Assembly (NCBI GenBank): GCA_030264375.1 | Contig: JASCQW010000132.1 | Span: 75,193,029 to 75,257,028 of the forward strand | Origin: Carcharhinus longimanus | Lineage: Eukaryota | DNA: 64,000 bases | Direction of reading: 5' to 3' | Shown here: one piece after another, positions 37,388-50,790 of the stretch | Position numbering within the stretch: the first letter of the stretch is position 1 | How the letters are laid out: each line of letters starts with the position of its first letter | The notes under the pieces: generated by a model | Told to the model about the DNA's origin: nothing | Seen by the model: the letters and a program-made list of their open reading frames with translations, nothing else | Database searches by the model: none | Position numbers and translations under genes: made by a program

Positions 37388-37717
37388 GTGTGGGAGTGGT
37401 AGGGGATGGGGAAACGGCTGAGGTCTTGAATAACTTTTTTGTTTCGGTCTTCACGGAGGAAGACGTGAATAATTTGTCGGGTGTTAGCGATGGAAAGGTG
37501 GTAGGACTGGAGGGTCTCAATGACATTATTGTTACTAGNNNNNNNNNNNNNNNNNNNNNNNNNNNNNNNNNNNNNNNNNNNNNNNNNNNNNNNNNNNNNN
37601 NNNNNNNNNNNNNNNNNNNNNNNNNNNNNNNNNNNNNNATCTTATTGAATGACGGGGCAGGCTCGAAGGGCTAGATGGTCTACTCCTGCTCCTATTTCTT
37701 ATGTTCTTATGTTCTTA
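37388..37717 (+). mobile_element. CR1 LINE ends flanking a gap (interior unresolved)
   Basis: ETAEVLNNFFVSVFTEED on the left; (ttcttatg)n CR1 tail on the right. Confidence 0.85.
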
Positions 37718-40700
37718 TCAGAAGTCTCAACTCTAAGAAAATCAGTTAACCCAGCAAAAAATGATACATGTTGTCTCTTTCCTTCCCTCCCCAAAAAGCC
37801 CATCTAGCTATCTAAATATTTGAAAATTGCCCCCCTGCAAGCTCACACAATGTGGCAAAAGTACAAAATAAAGCAACCACCTTAGGCTTCAAAGTCTGCA
37901 GGTTACTAGGCAACAGTGCACACAGTCAATAAGATTGAATCTGTACATTTCCTTTGTCAATATACAAGGTTTGGAAACAAATCTCACCAACAATCATCAG
38001 ACCCAAGCGGTCAGGAGAAATGCTCTAATTTCTAATAATTAACACATGTCTTTGTTAATAATTACAGATAACATTACCTTACATGAAATATAAAATACAT
38101 AAGAGGTTTGTTGTCAGAAAAACCAGACACTGTAACTGATTCTTAAACACAGCCTGTTTATCTCAACTGGGGAAAGTATAACTATTAAGATAAAATTAAT
38201 AGCGGAGTCTGAAATCAAGTACCTGACCTCTGACTAGTATACAAGGATATTTATGCAGAGAAGTTCACTTACCACAGGTAACTTAGCAACAGGAAATTAA
38301 GACCCAAGTAGGGTTAATTTACTAAGGACGCCAAGGCCTCATTGTGGTGTAATTCAGTGGCACTGTAATCTCATACATTTGTCACGCAAATTCCCAACCC
38401 CAGTGGCGTGGCTGCTTGTACACTAATTAATGCTCACCAGGCGATAGATACAACATTAAATGAATGCACCTCAATGAGCCATTGAAATTCAAAGATAAAT
38501 AGCAGCTCCGTAACTTGGCAGTGTAGAGGCTTAACAAGAAAATTATCAAATTGCTACATTAAAAAAAACTCTGATGGTCTTTGTGGGGAGTACGTTCTTG
38601 TTCTTTTCGTTGTGGAAAAAAATCAATTGCTAATTGAAGAATTAATAAACGACAAGTTCTATTTCTCCTCTCCATCTTGCGGTGCACTGAACTAACTTTT
38701 GATTTTTTATGAGAAATGAATAAGTGAGCTCTTTATATCTCTTGGACCCAATTATGTTTTCACTTGGTAATTGGAACAAGAAATAATACACATTAAATAA
38801 AAGAACTCAAACTGGCTAGCTGCCCTTTCGTGCACCAGATGTTGTTTGGGAAAAAATGATGGACATACACTATAAAACAATGACGTGAGGTTTACGTCAC
38901 TGTAAGACGAAAATAAATGTTGCACTGTGACTATCACGAGCTTGACTTGCTTTGCAGATGATTAGCTCCACAATGGTTCCTCCCCAGAGCTGGATCCAGT
39001 AATCATAATTCTAACACAGGGTTTAATGTGACAGTTAGCACTCAGTCTGGCCATTTGTCAGCAGCATAAATTGTGGAGCTTTTACATGATTAGACAAAGA
39101 GTACAATATTTTTCTAAGCTTNNNNNNNNNNNNNAAATATTTCAAGGCAATGCATATTTGCAAAGAAATGAACTCGAAGTAAAACACCGTAGCAATTTCT
39201 GCTTTACAAATGGCTTTAAAACATTTACCTGAGCTGTGATAGTGTGACATTCTCAGCTGCTAATATTTTGCACGGAATCACTTAGCTGAGACTGTTTTTC
39301 CCGCCAGGAAATTCAGAGTAGCACGACCAAGCCACTGTTCCCAGCCATTGATTTTAAAAGAGGTGACAGCACAGCAGGTCCCCTTACCTTCTGCTGCTAA
39401 GTTCGATTCATCTCACACCAAAAGATTGCTCTTTCAGTCCAAGCTGCCCCAAGACTAGCCCATGCTCCGCCCATAACTTCCACAGTCTACACAGTGAAAG
39501 ACAAACCCACAAGTATAAACAGTATTAAAAGAAAATTGTGGATTTTTGGGGATTCCCCAAAATTGACACATTTTCCCCTTTTCTTTAAGGTCACACTTGC
39601 TAGGGCTGCAGCCCAAGTTTCACAATTCTCCTGATGGGGCTCCTGGGCATTTATTCTTCATATCTGACAGTTCATTATTTGAGCATGGATGATAGCTCAG
39701 TGCTATCTATGTCTGATGCTCTTTTCAACGTAGGTGATTGGATAGTGATAAGGCAGTGGCCCTAACTGACTTCTCCTTTTGGCCAAAAAGGCTAATTGGG
39801 GTACCCCTCACTCTTTTGTTCCAGCTTGGGGTGAGCAAACCCACAGCAGAGAGTGCTCAGGATGTTGCTGGTATGTAAAATTCAGTACCATACAGGTGAG
39901 TATTAAGGCATTAGGGGAGCTAGAAGAGACCAAAATCAAATCTAAACAGGTGAGAGTAAAATCTTCTCCCTGTTAGCTTTTGCGATTTGGGTGGAATTTA
40001 AAAATAAAATTGAACTTAGTTTCCGATGGGCTCACTATTACAGTACAAATCGGTCTAAAATATTGCAGACTATCAGTATCAGCATCAAGCACTCCTAGAT
40101 ATGCTGTGTTGATCAGTCACTCATATGTTAACATTGACTCTGCATGGATACATACCTCTGTTGACATTAGGGTTTACACTGGACACTTAATGTAAATCTG
40201 CAATATAGGTAAAATACTGGAATTACACAGTAACTCCATCAGCATCTAAAAAAAATTCGCCAGGTTTCCTTTTTCAATTCTGATGAAGATAAACTACCCA
40301 GAATGTTCACCTACATTTTCTCCTTTCAGATACTGACGTGTGTTTCCACCTTTATCTATTTTACTGTGTGTCCCAATGTCTCAGGTATATCTCCAAAACT
40401 TTTCTCCATTTTGATATCACAAAAAAAAATCATACAAAAGGAGGAACTGCTATATGTGGTGGATCTATAGTAATACCACGGACGTTTCTACCCTGTGCCG
40501 ATCTTGGTGCCAAAATTGAAAACAGTTCAAGCACTGGCATGTAACATCGCTGAAATTGATACACAGAAAATTTCTACATCACACCTTCAAAATACCACTG
40601 GAATAAAAGTTTATATCAAGATCATCCGAGAAAGAGTACAGTATGTTAACAATGAAAATAACCAAGTCCTCTCTCTATGATGAGTTAAGTAAGACTAAGC

Positions 40701-43649
40701 AGTGGGTAGATCTCATTTGAATATTATCTTCACTTTTGAATACATAGAGAGGAGATTTTCGGTTCTCCTGCAGAATGTTTTCCAGCAGCGGAGTTAACTC
40801 ACCATTGACCACCAGTGGGATTTTCCAGTACCATTAATATCCACAACGTTTTGCATGGTTTTTGTTCCCAACGCTGGGGAACCTGCCATGGGGAGGCTGC
40901 CTTCAATGGGACTGGAAAATTCCACCCACAGGAAGGGCCAGAATATCCCACCCATTGAAGCATAGAGAAAAGGAGTGGAAGTAGGTCTTTCAACCCTTCG
41001 ACCTTGCTCTGCCATTCAATACGATCATGGCTGATCCTGTACTTCAATACCATTGTCCACACTTTCCCTATATCCCTTGACGCATTTAGAGTCTAGAAAT
41101 CTACTGATCTCAGTCTTCAATATTGAAACATAGATGAATCTTCTGATGGATGTACTTCCATGTCCTTTTGATGGTAACTCAACAGGATGACATCAATGAA
41201 AGAACTTGGTGAAGATGAGAGACTATGTGAACTTGGGATATTGTTACAAGACAAGGAAATTAAAGGGTGTTGTAAAGAATGGAAGAGACTAATAAGCTAG
41301 ATAGTGCATGTTCCTTCTATCTAGGAAATCCAGAACAAAAGGACATAACCTTAAAATGAGAACTAAGCCAGTTTAAGGTGAATTCAAGGAAATATTTTCA
41401 CATGTTGAATGTAAGAAATGTGCTGCTCAATTATGCCATAGATGCTCTATCAATTGAAGAGTTTAAAAGGGAGGTAGTTACTTTCATGAAAAGGACCTCA
41501 AATGATGAAAGGATGCTAAATTACATTAAAATGCATAGGAGCTATATTGGATAAAAATATGTAGCTCTCTCAATGTGTCAAATGATCTATTCCTGTTTCT
41601 AAATTAAGATCAAAACTAAGGCTGCTATTCAAGAAGTAAGTTTGATTTTACTGTTAAGAAATAGAGGAAGCTAAACATGGTAAACAACTGAGCTCAAAAA
41701 GGATGACACCATAGGCAAGGCACCACTTTACTTTAGCAGTGTGCTGGGACTGCAACTATTGACCTACAGTAACCTTTATTGTGATTCCAACCACATTGGC
41801 CTCTATAACCTTAGTTTTACCATTCCATTGGTAATCTTGCATTTGAGTTGAGAGCAATTAATCTCACTTCCCCTTTGACATTCAAAATTGTGTCTTCTTC
41901 TGGATAAAGACTGGGATGAAATGAATAACCGAGATGTTCTCTCAGCAACTGAATTGAGCTGGTTCTAACTGTGTGTCACTCAATGGCATAATTGAATATT
42001 CTACAACATTTTTGTGATGATTGGGAGCTAGGAGTTGGCTGGGCTAGATCTACCCTGCTTTTATGGAAATAAGACGTAGGTGGGCAATTGCCCATAATGT
42101 CACAGTTTAGTTACTGGACTAGAAAAAAATTGGATAAGGAGCTGACAACGTGTGTGGAGAGTTTTGGAACTGCATCTGGATGTTCACATGGTGAAATATC
42201 ACTGTCGCATTGAGTAATCACATCTTAATATTATGCAGAGGGAATTAAATTGGTTAGACTTTGGTGGAGAATTTGGAAGAATGTTGTGTTAAGCTTATCC
42301 ATTTTGTAATTTTGGCGGAAGATGCTGGCGAACCTTTGAGAGCTCCTCTTTTGAACACACATACCGGGATTCACCGTGGTTAGGATGATGACGTTCCTTG
42401 CACACTCCCTCTCCTGTAAACTAGCCTGGTGGTCTACTACCCATTCTTAACTGCATGTGTAGGGTTAAAGAGCTTTGCTCTGATCTCTTATTTATATGAC
42501 CAGAGAGCTCTGTCTAAAGCCCACTGTATTTGATGTTTAGATACTTTTTTTGTAGTCAAACATTATTTTATCCCTTTGATGTTAACTTGTGTGGAAGAAA
42601 ACCTTTGTCACATCAGGTAATATGTTGTAAGATTAGTGTTTGTTTCACACAGTGGGATGCCGCTTTTGTTTTGTTGTTACATTTAGAACATTATTCGCCT
42701 TGGTGTGAAATGTCTGTCTTTGGAACATGACTTGTACTTGCCTCTACTTTTCGTTAAAATTACTTAAGTCAGAAATTTCAGCACATTATATCTAATTATG
42801 ATAAAAGCCATCAATCTGAAATTTTGGGCAGAATCTTTTTCCCCTTTCAGAGGTATGAGTGGAGGTGGGAGGGTCTGATATTAGCCAAGATGGTATCAGG
42901 ACCAATACCCAAAGCCTTCCCACCTCCATCAGAAGTTAATTCTAGGCAGGAAGGCTAGTAGTCGACCTACACACCCCACCTCCACTAGAGGTTCTTAAAT
43001 GGACAATTAATGACCATTTATTGCAACTTTTCTAGTTCCAGACAGGCCTGTCAACATACGGCTGCATGGTTGAATAAACTGTGGGAGCTGCATATCACCT
43101 GGAGACAGGAGCATGGGTGGGCTCTCGATCTACACTCAACATTGCATGTTCAAGGGCATGGACATGGAACAGGAGATGGCAGCTGTTCTTTCTGCCTCTG
43201 ATTTACCAGCAGCTCTAACCAAGCGGGCTATTGCATGTTGGGGTCCTGCGACTATCCTCCTAATTGTTTAATGGGCAGAAGATAAGGCAGGCCTTTCTCG
43301 TAAGAGTCAACATGGTTGTCTCATCATTTTTCCAGACAGTGAGCAAGACACCCACCGAAACAGAAGATCCCATCTATTAATTCCATTTCTTTCTCAACAG
43401 ATGCTGCCTGACCTGTTGAGTGTTTCCAGCATTTCCTGTTTTTATTTTATCTATGCTTGGGTTTGTTTGTTGATATCGGAAAAACATTAAGTTACAGTAT
43501 CATTCTCCAACCGTCCAATATTTCATTACCTTAATGAGACTCAGAACAATATTAATAGTGTTGTAAATTAGCGCTTTTTTGAAATTACAACTGGCAGCAA
43601 GTTAAACCCAAGTTGTGCAATCTCTCTTTACAACAATCTGAGATCTCTA

Positions 43650-45005
43650 TCAACTTCAAGAAGATGACCATCATCCCGGTACCAAAGAAAAGCCAGGCAG
43701 TGTGCTTTAATGACTATCATCCGGTGGCTCCGACATCCATCATTATGAAGTGCTTTGAAAGGTTGGTCATGGCATGAATCAATTCCATGCTCCCAGATTG
43801 CCTGAATCCACTACAGTTCACCTACTGCCGCAATAGGGCCACAGCAGATGCCATCTCTCTGGCCCCACACTCAACCCTGAATACCTAGATAACAAGGACA
43901 CCTATGTCAGACTCCGATTTATTGACTTTACTTCAGCCCTCAACACCATTATTCCTATGAAACTCATCTCCAAACTCTATGGCCTGGAACTCGGGTCCTC
44001 CCTCTGTGACTGGATCCTGAACTCCCTAACCCACAGACCAAAATCAGTAAGAATAGGCAATACCATCTTCTCCACAATCAATCATTCTCAACACTGGTGC
44101 CCGACAAGGTTGTGTTCTCAGCCCCCTACTATATCCACCTATGAGTGTGTGGCCAAATTCCCCTCCAACTCAATTATGAAGCTTGCTGACAACACCACAG
44201 TAGTGGGTTAGATCTCAAACAATGATGAGACACAGCTCAGGTGAACTGGTGCAACGACAATAATCTCTCCCTCAATGTCAACAAAATGAAGGAGATAGTC
44301 ATCAACTTCAGGAAGCATAGTGGAGGCCATGCTCTTGTCTATATAATGAGGATGAAGTGGAAATGGTTGAGAACTTCAGGTCTCTGGGTGTTCAGATCAC
44401 CAACAACCTGTCCTAGTCCCCCCATGCTGATACTATTGTTAAGAAAGCCCACCAACACCTTTACTTTCTCAGAAGACTAAGGAAACTTGGCATGTCCGCT
44501 ATAACTCTCACCAACTTTTACAGATGCACCATAGAAAGTATTCTTTCTGGTTGTACCAGAGCTTGGTATGGCTCCTGCTCTGTCCAAGACAGCGAAAAAA
44601 CTACAAAGGATTGTGGATGAAGCCCAGTCCATCACTGAAACTAGTCTTCCACCCATTGACACTGTCTACACTTTCCACTGCCTCAGCAAGGTAGCCAGCA
44701 TAACTAAGGACCCCACACACTCCGGACATATTCTTTTCCAGCTTCTTCTGTTTGGAAAAAGATACAAAAGTCTGAGATCACATACCAACCAACTCAAAAA
44801 CAACTTCTTCCCTACTGCCATCAGACTTTTGAATGGACCTACCTCATATTAAGTGATCTTTTTCTACACCCTAGCTATGACTATAACACTGTGTTCTGCA
44901 CTTTCTCCTTTCCTTCTCTAGATACGGTATGCTTTGTCTGTATAGCATGCAAGAAACAATACTTTTCACTGTATAATAATACATGTGACAATAATAAATC
45001 AAATG
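43650..45005 (+). mobile_element. Rex1/Babar-type LINE, RT region to 3' tail (decayed)
   Basis: [105 protein letters not shown]; tail aataaatcaaat. Confidence 0.9.
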
Positions 45006-45556
45006 GTACCAAATTGATCTGAAGAACACAAAATTCCTGTCCGCTATTCTTAAAAAGTTGAAATAATTAAATATGGTTAACACATTTATTCACAGCATCA
45101 CACAGCTCAATTTTAACTAAGCCATCAATGTCATCACCTCAGAATTAAAATTGTCAAGTGTTAGGGAATTCATTTCAATCATAATAAGGAAATTATGTTA
45201 ATTGTACAACATGATAGAATATCTTGGTACAATGAGATTTTGCTCTATGTTGATATTCAAAATAGGACAACTTAAAGCTTAAATAAGAGCAAAACACCAC
45301 AGATGTTGGAGACCTGAAATAAAATTGAAAGCACTGGCAAATCTCAGCAGGTCTGGCAGCATCTGAGGAGAGAGAACTATCTTAGTTCCAAAGAAGAGTC
45401 ATATTGGACTCAAAGCATTAATTCCGTCTCTCTCTTTCCACTGTTTGTTTTTAAAAATGTTTTGTTTTTATTAAGAAGAAAGCTTCCCTGTTGGGATGCT
45501 CACTGTACTTGCTGCCAATCGTCTATAGCTGTGAAAGATGAAGCTGCAGTACTTAC

Positions 45557-45673
45557 AGTGATTTGACACCACACACAGTGCAGGCCTGTAAGACCCTGAT
45601 AACACTTGATTGTTTTATGGCACTTGTCACATTTCTTTGGACAGTTTCCTTCGACCCAGAAGTGGTGCATTAC
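45557..45673 (-). CDS. DGKB: DGKB coding exon, N-terminal part of C1B ([39 protein letters not shown])
   Basis: 117 nt, phase 0-0; acceptor tctcccacag|GTA, donor ACT|gtaagt; matches DGK-beta. Confidence 0.96.
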
Positions 45674-45778
45674 CTGTGGGAGACATGCATATCATTTGTT
45701 TAGAAAATACATCAAAGTCTGGAGTTTAAAGTCAATACAATTCTCACAGTGAAAGATATGTCAGAGAGGACAGCTTAC

Positions 45779-45867
45779 GGTTGCATTCTTTTTTGACTTG
45801 ACATAGGTGTTGATGCAGGAGGGAGGGGCTCTGGACACACAGCGCTCATGAACAGTATACTTGCAGA
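45779..45867 (-). CDS. DGKB: DGKB coding exon, end of C1A ((F)[29 protein letters not shown])
   Basis: 89 nt, phase 1-0; acceptor tttgcag|TC completes a TTC codon with the previous exon; donor ACC|gtaagc; 105-nt intron to the next exon. Confidence 0.96.
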
Positions 45868-46249
45868 CTGCAAATTTAATAGCATAGGTCAGTAAATCAA
45901 CTTTCTATTCCAAGTCAAAATCAGCAAAAACAGCATGTTTTTAAATCAAGCTTACTGATAGTTTCTTTTGCAAGATTATCATCAATGTACACACAAAAAA
46001 CGTTTAAACACCTGAAAAGAAAATGAACTCCTGTTCAAAAGAATACTAAGTTACTTTTTTTTATGAATTACTCAAGATAGGACCTGAAGCAAGCCATTCA
46101 GTTCCTCAAGCCTGTTCCACTATTCAAGGAGATGTGTGTTCCTTCAAAGCTGTGCATCCATGCAACAGTAGCACACAATTATTACGGCCTTGCACATCCT
46201 GATGTTAAATGAGGTTTACTGAGGTTTACTCTATCTCACGAACAAACAA

Positions 46250-46552
46250 CTTTTGGTTAAAGTTTGTTTATTAGTGTCACCAATGCAGTGTTAATGTAAG
46301 CTTATTTAAGTTAATGTGAAAATTCCCCAGTCGCCACGCTCCAGCAGCTTTTCAGGTACACTGAGGGGGAATTTAGTATGACCAATGCATCTAACTAGTA
46401 CATCTTTCAGTGTATGAGAGAAAAAACAGTACACTCAGAGAAACCCCATGCAGGCATGGGGAGAACGTGCAGACTCCCCCCAGTGACCCAATCTGAGAAT
46501 CGAATTTGGGTCCCTGGTACTGTGAAGTAGCAGTGCTAAATACTGTGCCACC
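46250..46552 (-). mobile_element. V-SINE with alternative tail (same type as 16060)
   Basis: Minus head tggtggcacagtatttagcactgctacttcacagtaccagggacccaaattcgattc; tail ggcgactggggaattttcac...gacactaataaac. Confidence 0.85.
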
Positions 46553-46591
46553 ATTCCCTCCTGGACAGGAAATTAACGGAGGCAAGCCAAG

Positions 46592-46925
46592 TGGGCGGCA
46601 TGGTAGCACAGTGGGTAGCACTGCTGCTTCACAGCTCCAGAGACCTGGGTTTGATTCCTGGTTTGGGTCACTGTCTGTGTGGAGTTTGCACATTCTCCTC
46701 ATGTCTGCATGGGTTTCCTCCGGGTGCTCCGGTTTCTTCCAACAGTCCAAACATGTGCGGGCTAGGTTGATTGGCCATGTTAAAATTGCCCTTAGTGTCC
46801 AGAGATGCATAGATTAGAGAGATGAGTGGGTAAATATGTAGGGATACGAGGATAGGGCCTGGGTGGGTTTGAGATTGGTGCAGACTTAATGGGCCGAATG
46901 GCCTCTTTCTGTACTGTAGGATTTT
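46592..46925 (+). mobile_element. HE1-type SINE, near full length
   Basis: gggcggcatggtagcacagtgggtagcactgctgcttcacagc...gggccgaatggcctctttctgtactgtaggattt. Confidence 0.93.
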
Positions 46926-47274
46926 TAGGTTCAAACCTAACATGCTTTATCAGGTAGAATGAGCAGCCAACTTGTGATAGTTCCTGCAGTCCAAAGCTAT
47001 CACTCAGCATCAGTCTTTCCTGCAGCCCCCTCACTGACCATTCAAGTTGCAATTTCCCTCCCTAACCCTTCAACTCACTCCTTCTTCCTCTCACCTCTTT
47101 CCTGTTTGCTGCTTCCTTCCTGGCCACCCCAGGAGAGGTAATGGGCAGGAGGGCTAGGGAGGATAGTGGCAAGTCAGGAAAGGTGACAAACTGGATGCAA
47201 AAGCAATGAGTTGGAGATAAGTTAAAAGTCAATAATAGTTGTTAAGTTATTAAGAGTCAGTCAGATGGGTCCAT

Positions 47275-48190
47275 TAAGTCTGCACTGACACTTCACCTGA
47301 TCTACCTGGTTCCATTTGCCAGCACTTGGCCCACAGCCCTGAATGCCAAGTGCTAATCAGATACTTTTTAAAGGATGTGAGGCAACTCGCCTCTACCATC
47401 CTCCCAGGCAGCACATTCCAGAATATCACCACACTCTGGGTTGAAAAAAAGTGTTTCCTCACATCCCCCTAAGCCTTCTGTCCCTCACCTTGAACTAGTG
47501 TCCTCTCATGACTTACCCAGTTGGTCCCTATCCGCTATGTCCATACCGCTCATAATCTTGTACACCCCAATCAGGTCATCTCCCCAAGTCTTCTCTGCTC
47601 TAACGGTAAATTTAGGATTGAATCCAGTAAATCTGACAATTTGTGGACTAGCTGCTTACTGTGTCAATGGTAGTATTCTTTCTTTAACTTATTTTAAAGT
47701 ACGTATTATGTATAGCTTTTTTTTCCTATTCTGCTGGTAGCACAGATCCTTGCCTGAATATTGGTGCACATAACAAAATTCAATCCACACATGGATAGAA
47801 AAAAAATAGATGGAATATTGATCACAACTGATCTATATCCTAAATCCTGTCTCCCATCTTGATTCCATACTCCTAATACCTTTGGCTAAGAAACATATGT
47901 AGTGAACATATAATTGTGGCAGCATCTACTGCATTTTGGGGAGAATGTTCCATTTTAACATCACCTTTTCTGTGAAGGAGTGCTTCTAGCTTTTCTAATG
48001 AATCACCGGGCCCTGATTTTTAAGATTATGACCTCGTCTCACACTCAAGCTAGCAGAAAAGGTTTCCATCTGTCCAATTTCTTTTGAAAATATGAAAAAC
48101 ATCAATCAAAATCACCACTTAATATTCTATATTCCAGGGAATACAAGACTAGTTTATATAATCTCTCGCCATACTTGAACCCTGGGAAGC
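47275..48190 (-). mobile_element. Two decayed CR1 3' fragments (about 47275-47600 and 47810-48190)
   Basis: MRKHFFSTQSVVIFWNVLPGRMVEA and related CR1 3' ORF2/UTR sequence. Confidence 0.7.
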
Positions 48191-48937
48191 TTGTGAATTG
48201 GTGATTCATTCTTTCCAAGATCTTGGGCTGTAACAAAGGTGGGTAAAGTTAAAAACAAAATGGCTGCAATATCACACAGCTAGACTGTTTCTGCCCTCTC
48301 TCATTTTCGTGGGTTTGAGGAAGGGTTTGAGCTTTGGAATTGGCCCACACATATTATGAGGTCAATTACCATTCTGTGCATTTATTGAAAGTCGGTCTCT
48401 TGAAATGTTTCCATTATTCCCAAAAGGGACCAACATCGAGCAGCTGTATGAAGGTGAGGACCATGCTTGGAATAAATCATGGTGTGGGATAAGTTTAAAA
48501 AGGGATGTACATATGCTTTTCAAAATTTAAAGGACTTGCATCCCTTTGTAATAAAAGTTGCCGATCGCCACTCAGAGGAGAAGTTACCATTAAGAACTTT
48601 GCCATTTCAAGGGGGTTGTCACCCTCCTGGCATCACACTGGCATTGGAACAGTGGACAAGGATTCTATACAATTGCCAGGATGGATGCAGTTGGAAATGG
48701 GTGTTACCATCTCAGAAATCAAGATCAAAAGAGATGAGGATCAGTAGTCTGCACAGGAAGGGCAAAGTGCCAGGCATCTGAAAGTCAGAGAAGAGAGATG
48801 AGGGATACAAAGGATAAGATGACATTATTCTAAGTATGGAATCTACGAGCAGAGGTGATGATGAGTAAGGCACCATGCTGAAGGAGACAGCAACCCTCTA
48901 TGGAGATGGTCACAGACAGTGTGCCTTTGTCAGTGTG

Positions 48938-49003
48938 GACCTTTGTGTATCACACAGAGATGACTGTACACCGGTGCATCACCCAGGTGACAGATGCCTC
49001 TTT
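48938..49003 (+). pseudogene. PIF/Harbinger (HARBI1-like) transposase HTH remnant
   Basis: DLC../.TVHRCITQVTDA resembles the GDLCGISQSAVHRCIxEVTxAL helix-turn-helix of Harbinger transposases. Confidence 0.5.
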
Positions 49004-49029
49004 ACCAACAACACAACTCATATTAGCTG

Positions 49030-49380
49030 ACTTATTATTTTCACATATATTGGGATACAGTGAACAGTTTTGTTTTGTGCACACTAGACAAAGTATACCA
49101 TTCAGAGGGTACATAGGGGAGAAGGAAAGGCGAGGGTGCAGAATATAATGTTACAGTCATAGCTAGGGAGTAGAGAAAGATTAGCTTAATCTAAGGTAGG
49201 TTCATTCAAAAGTTTAATGGTAGCAGGGAAGAACAGGTTCTTGAGTTGGTCGGTACGTGACCTCAGAATTCTGTATCTTTTTCCTGATGAAAGAAGGTGG
49301 AAGGGACATGTCCAGGGCATATGGCCTCCTTGATTATACTGGCTGCTTTTCCAAGGCAGCAGGAAGTGTAGATGGACTGC
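49030..49380 (-). mobile_element. Rex1-type LINE 3' fragment
   Basis: Reverse-complement match to 44650-44990 (GKRYRILRSRTDQLKNLFFPATIKLLNEP). Confidence 0.88.
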
Positions 49381-50388
49381 TGCCATTGTGTTCTTAAATT
49401 AAAAATAAACTTGTGCTTAATCATATAGCTGCATATAGATAACTCACACGAAAAAAGTTGTATGGTATTACAGTCTAGAATTTATAAAATGAGGTGGGGA
49501 GCAGGGGGGAGAATGGTCTCAGAAGCAAGAATGTTGAGAACATTTATTTGAAGAGGTTCCACCCTTTAAGCCACCCAAATCAAGAATCCGCAGAAGTACA
49601 TCTGTCTGGTCAACCAATTAAATGAAAAGGACAAACCGGACTATTGGATCTATTCAGGTTTCTCTCTGCCATTAAATCTCACCCAGAAGGAAAAATCAGT
49701 TCAGAACAGCACTCTTATTTTCCCATTTTCCAGAAACAATACCTGATGGCAAATGGGTAGAACAAAAATAGCAACATGATCCACTTTCCGAACAGGGCCA
49801 GAGTGTGGTGACTAGGGGATTTTCACAGTAACTTCATTGCAATGTTAATGTTGCCTACTTGAGATACCAATAAATAAGCTTAAACTTATTTAACCATTGT
49901 TCTGAAGGACAGAAAATTTAAATGATCAGAATTGTCTTGCATGTCATGAGCTATAATTGGCTTTATAATCCATCTCTGTTGAGACAAATTACATAAATCT
50001 GAAAAAAATCTGAAATTTTACCTAATTCAGGTCACTTGAATTTTTATTATACATGGTTTGACCTAATAGAACATTGTCTGAAAAATGAACTCTTTCGGTG
50101 TTATTTTACTGAGTACAATCAGTGCTTTTAATCTGATTTAAAAGTCTACACCTCATTCAAATTGCTCAATTCAAATGACCTAAATTTGTGTTTTGGAAGT
50201 ATATTCTGTGTTAACTATATTGCTTAATTTGAAACACTAGAAGATTCAATATTTAGCAGGAGACAGGAATTTTACAGATCTATAGTCTGCCGAAGATTAC
50301 TAAGCAGCATATATCACAGAGTGACTGGCTGAGTTTTAGATTGTAAATCACTGACAAATAAACTGGGCAAAAAGCATGCCACAAATAA

Positions 50389-50790
50389 GGGTGGCTTGGC
50401 GGCACAGTGGTTAGCACTGCTGCCTCACAGCTCCAGGGGCCCAGGTTCAATTCCGGCCTTGGGTGAAGTTTGCATATTCTCCCAGAACCCAAGTCTGCGT
50501 GGGTTTCCTCCCACAATCCAAAAATGTGCAGATTAGGTGGATTGGCCATGCTAAATTGCCCTTTAGTGTCCAAAGATGCCCAGACTGGGTGGATTCGCCA
50601 TAGGAAATGTGTGTGGTTATGTGGCTAGGGCAGGATAATGTGGATTATGTGACTTAAACCTGGTGTTGTCAGGCTTCTTACTCAGTTATGTCGATAGGGC
50701 AGAGGAGAGGGCCCAAGTAAGACACTGTGTCACCAGAGTTGGTGTAGATTTGATGGGCCAAATGGCCTCTTCTGCACTGTTGGGATATTG
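50389..50790 (+). mobile_element. HE1-type SINE with a short internal Penelope-repeat fragment
   Basis: ggcggcacagtggttagcactgctgcctcacagctccaggggcccaggttcaattcc...; aaacctggtgttgtcaggcttcttac at about 50656-50681. Confidence 0.88.
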
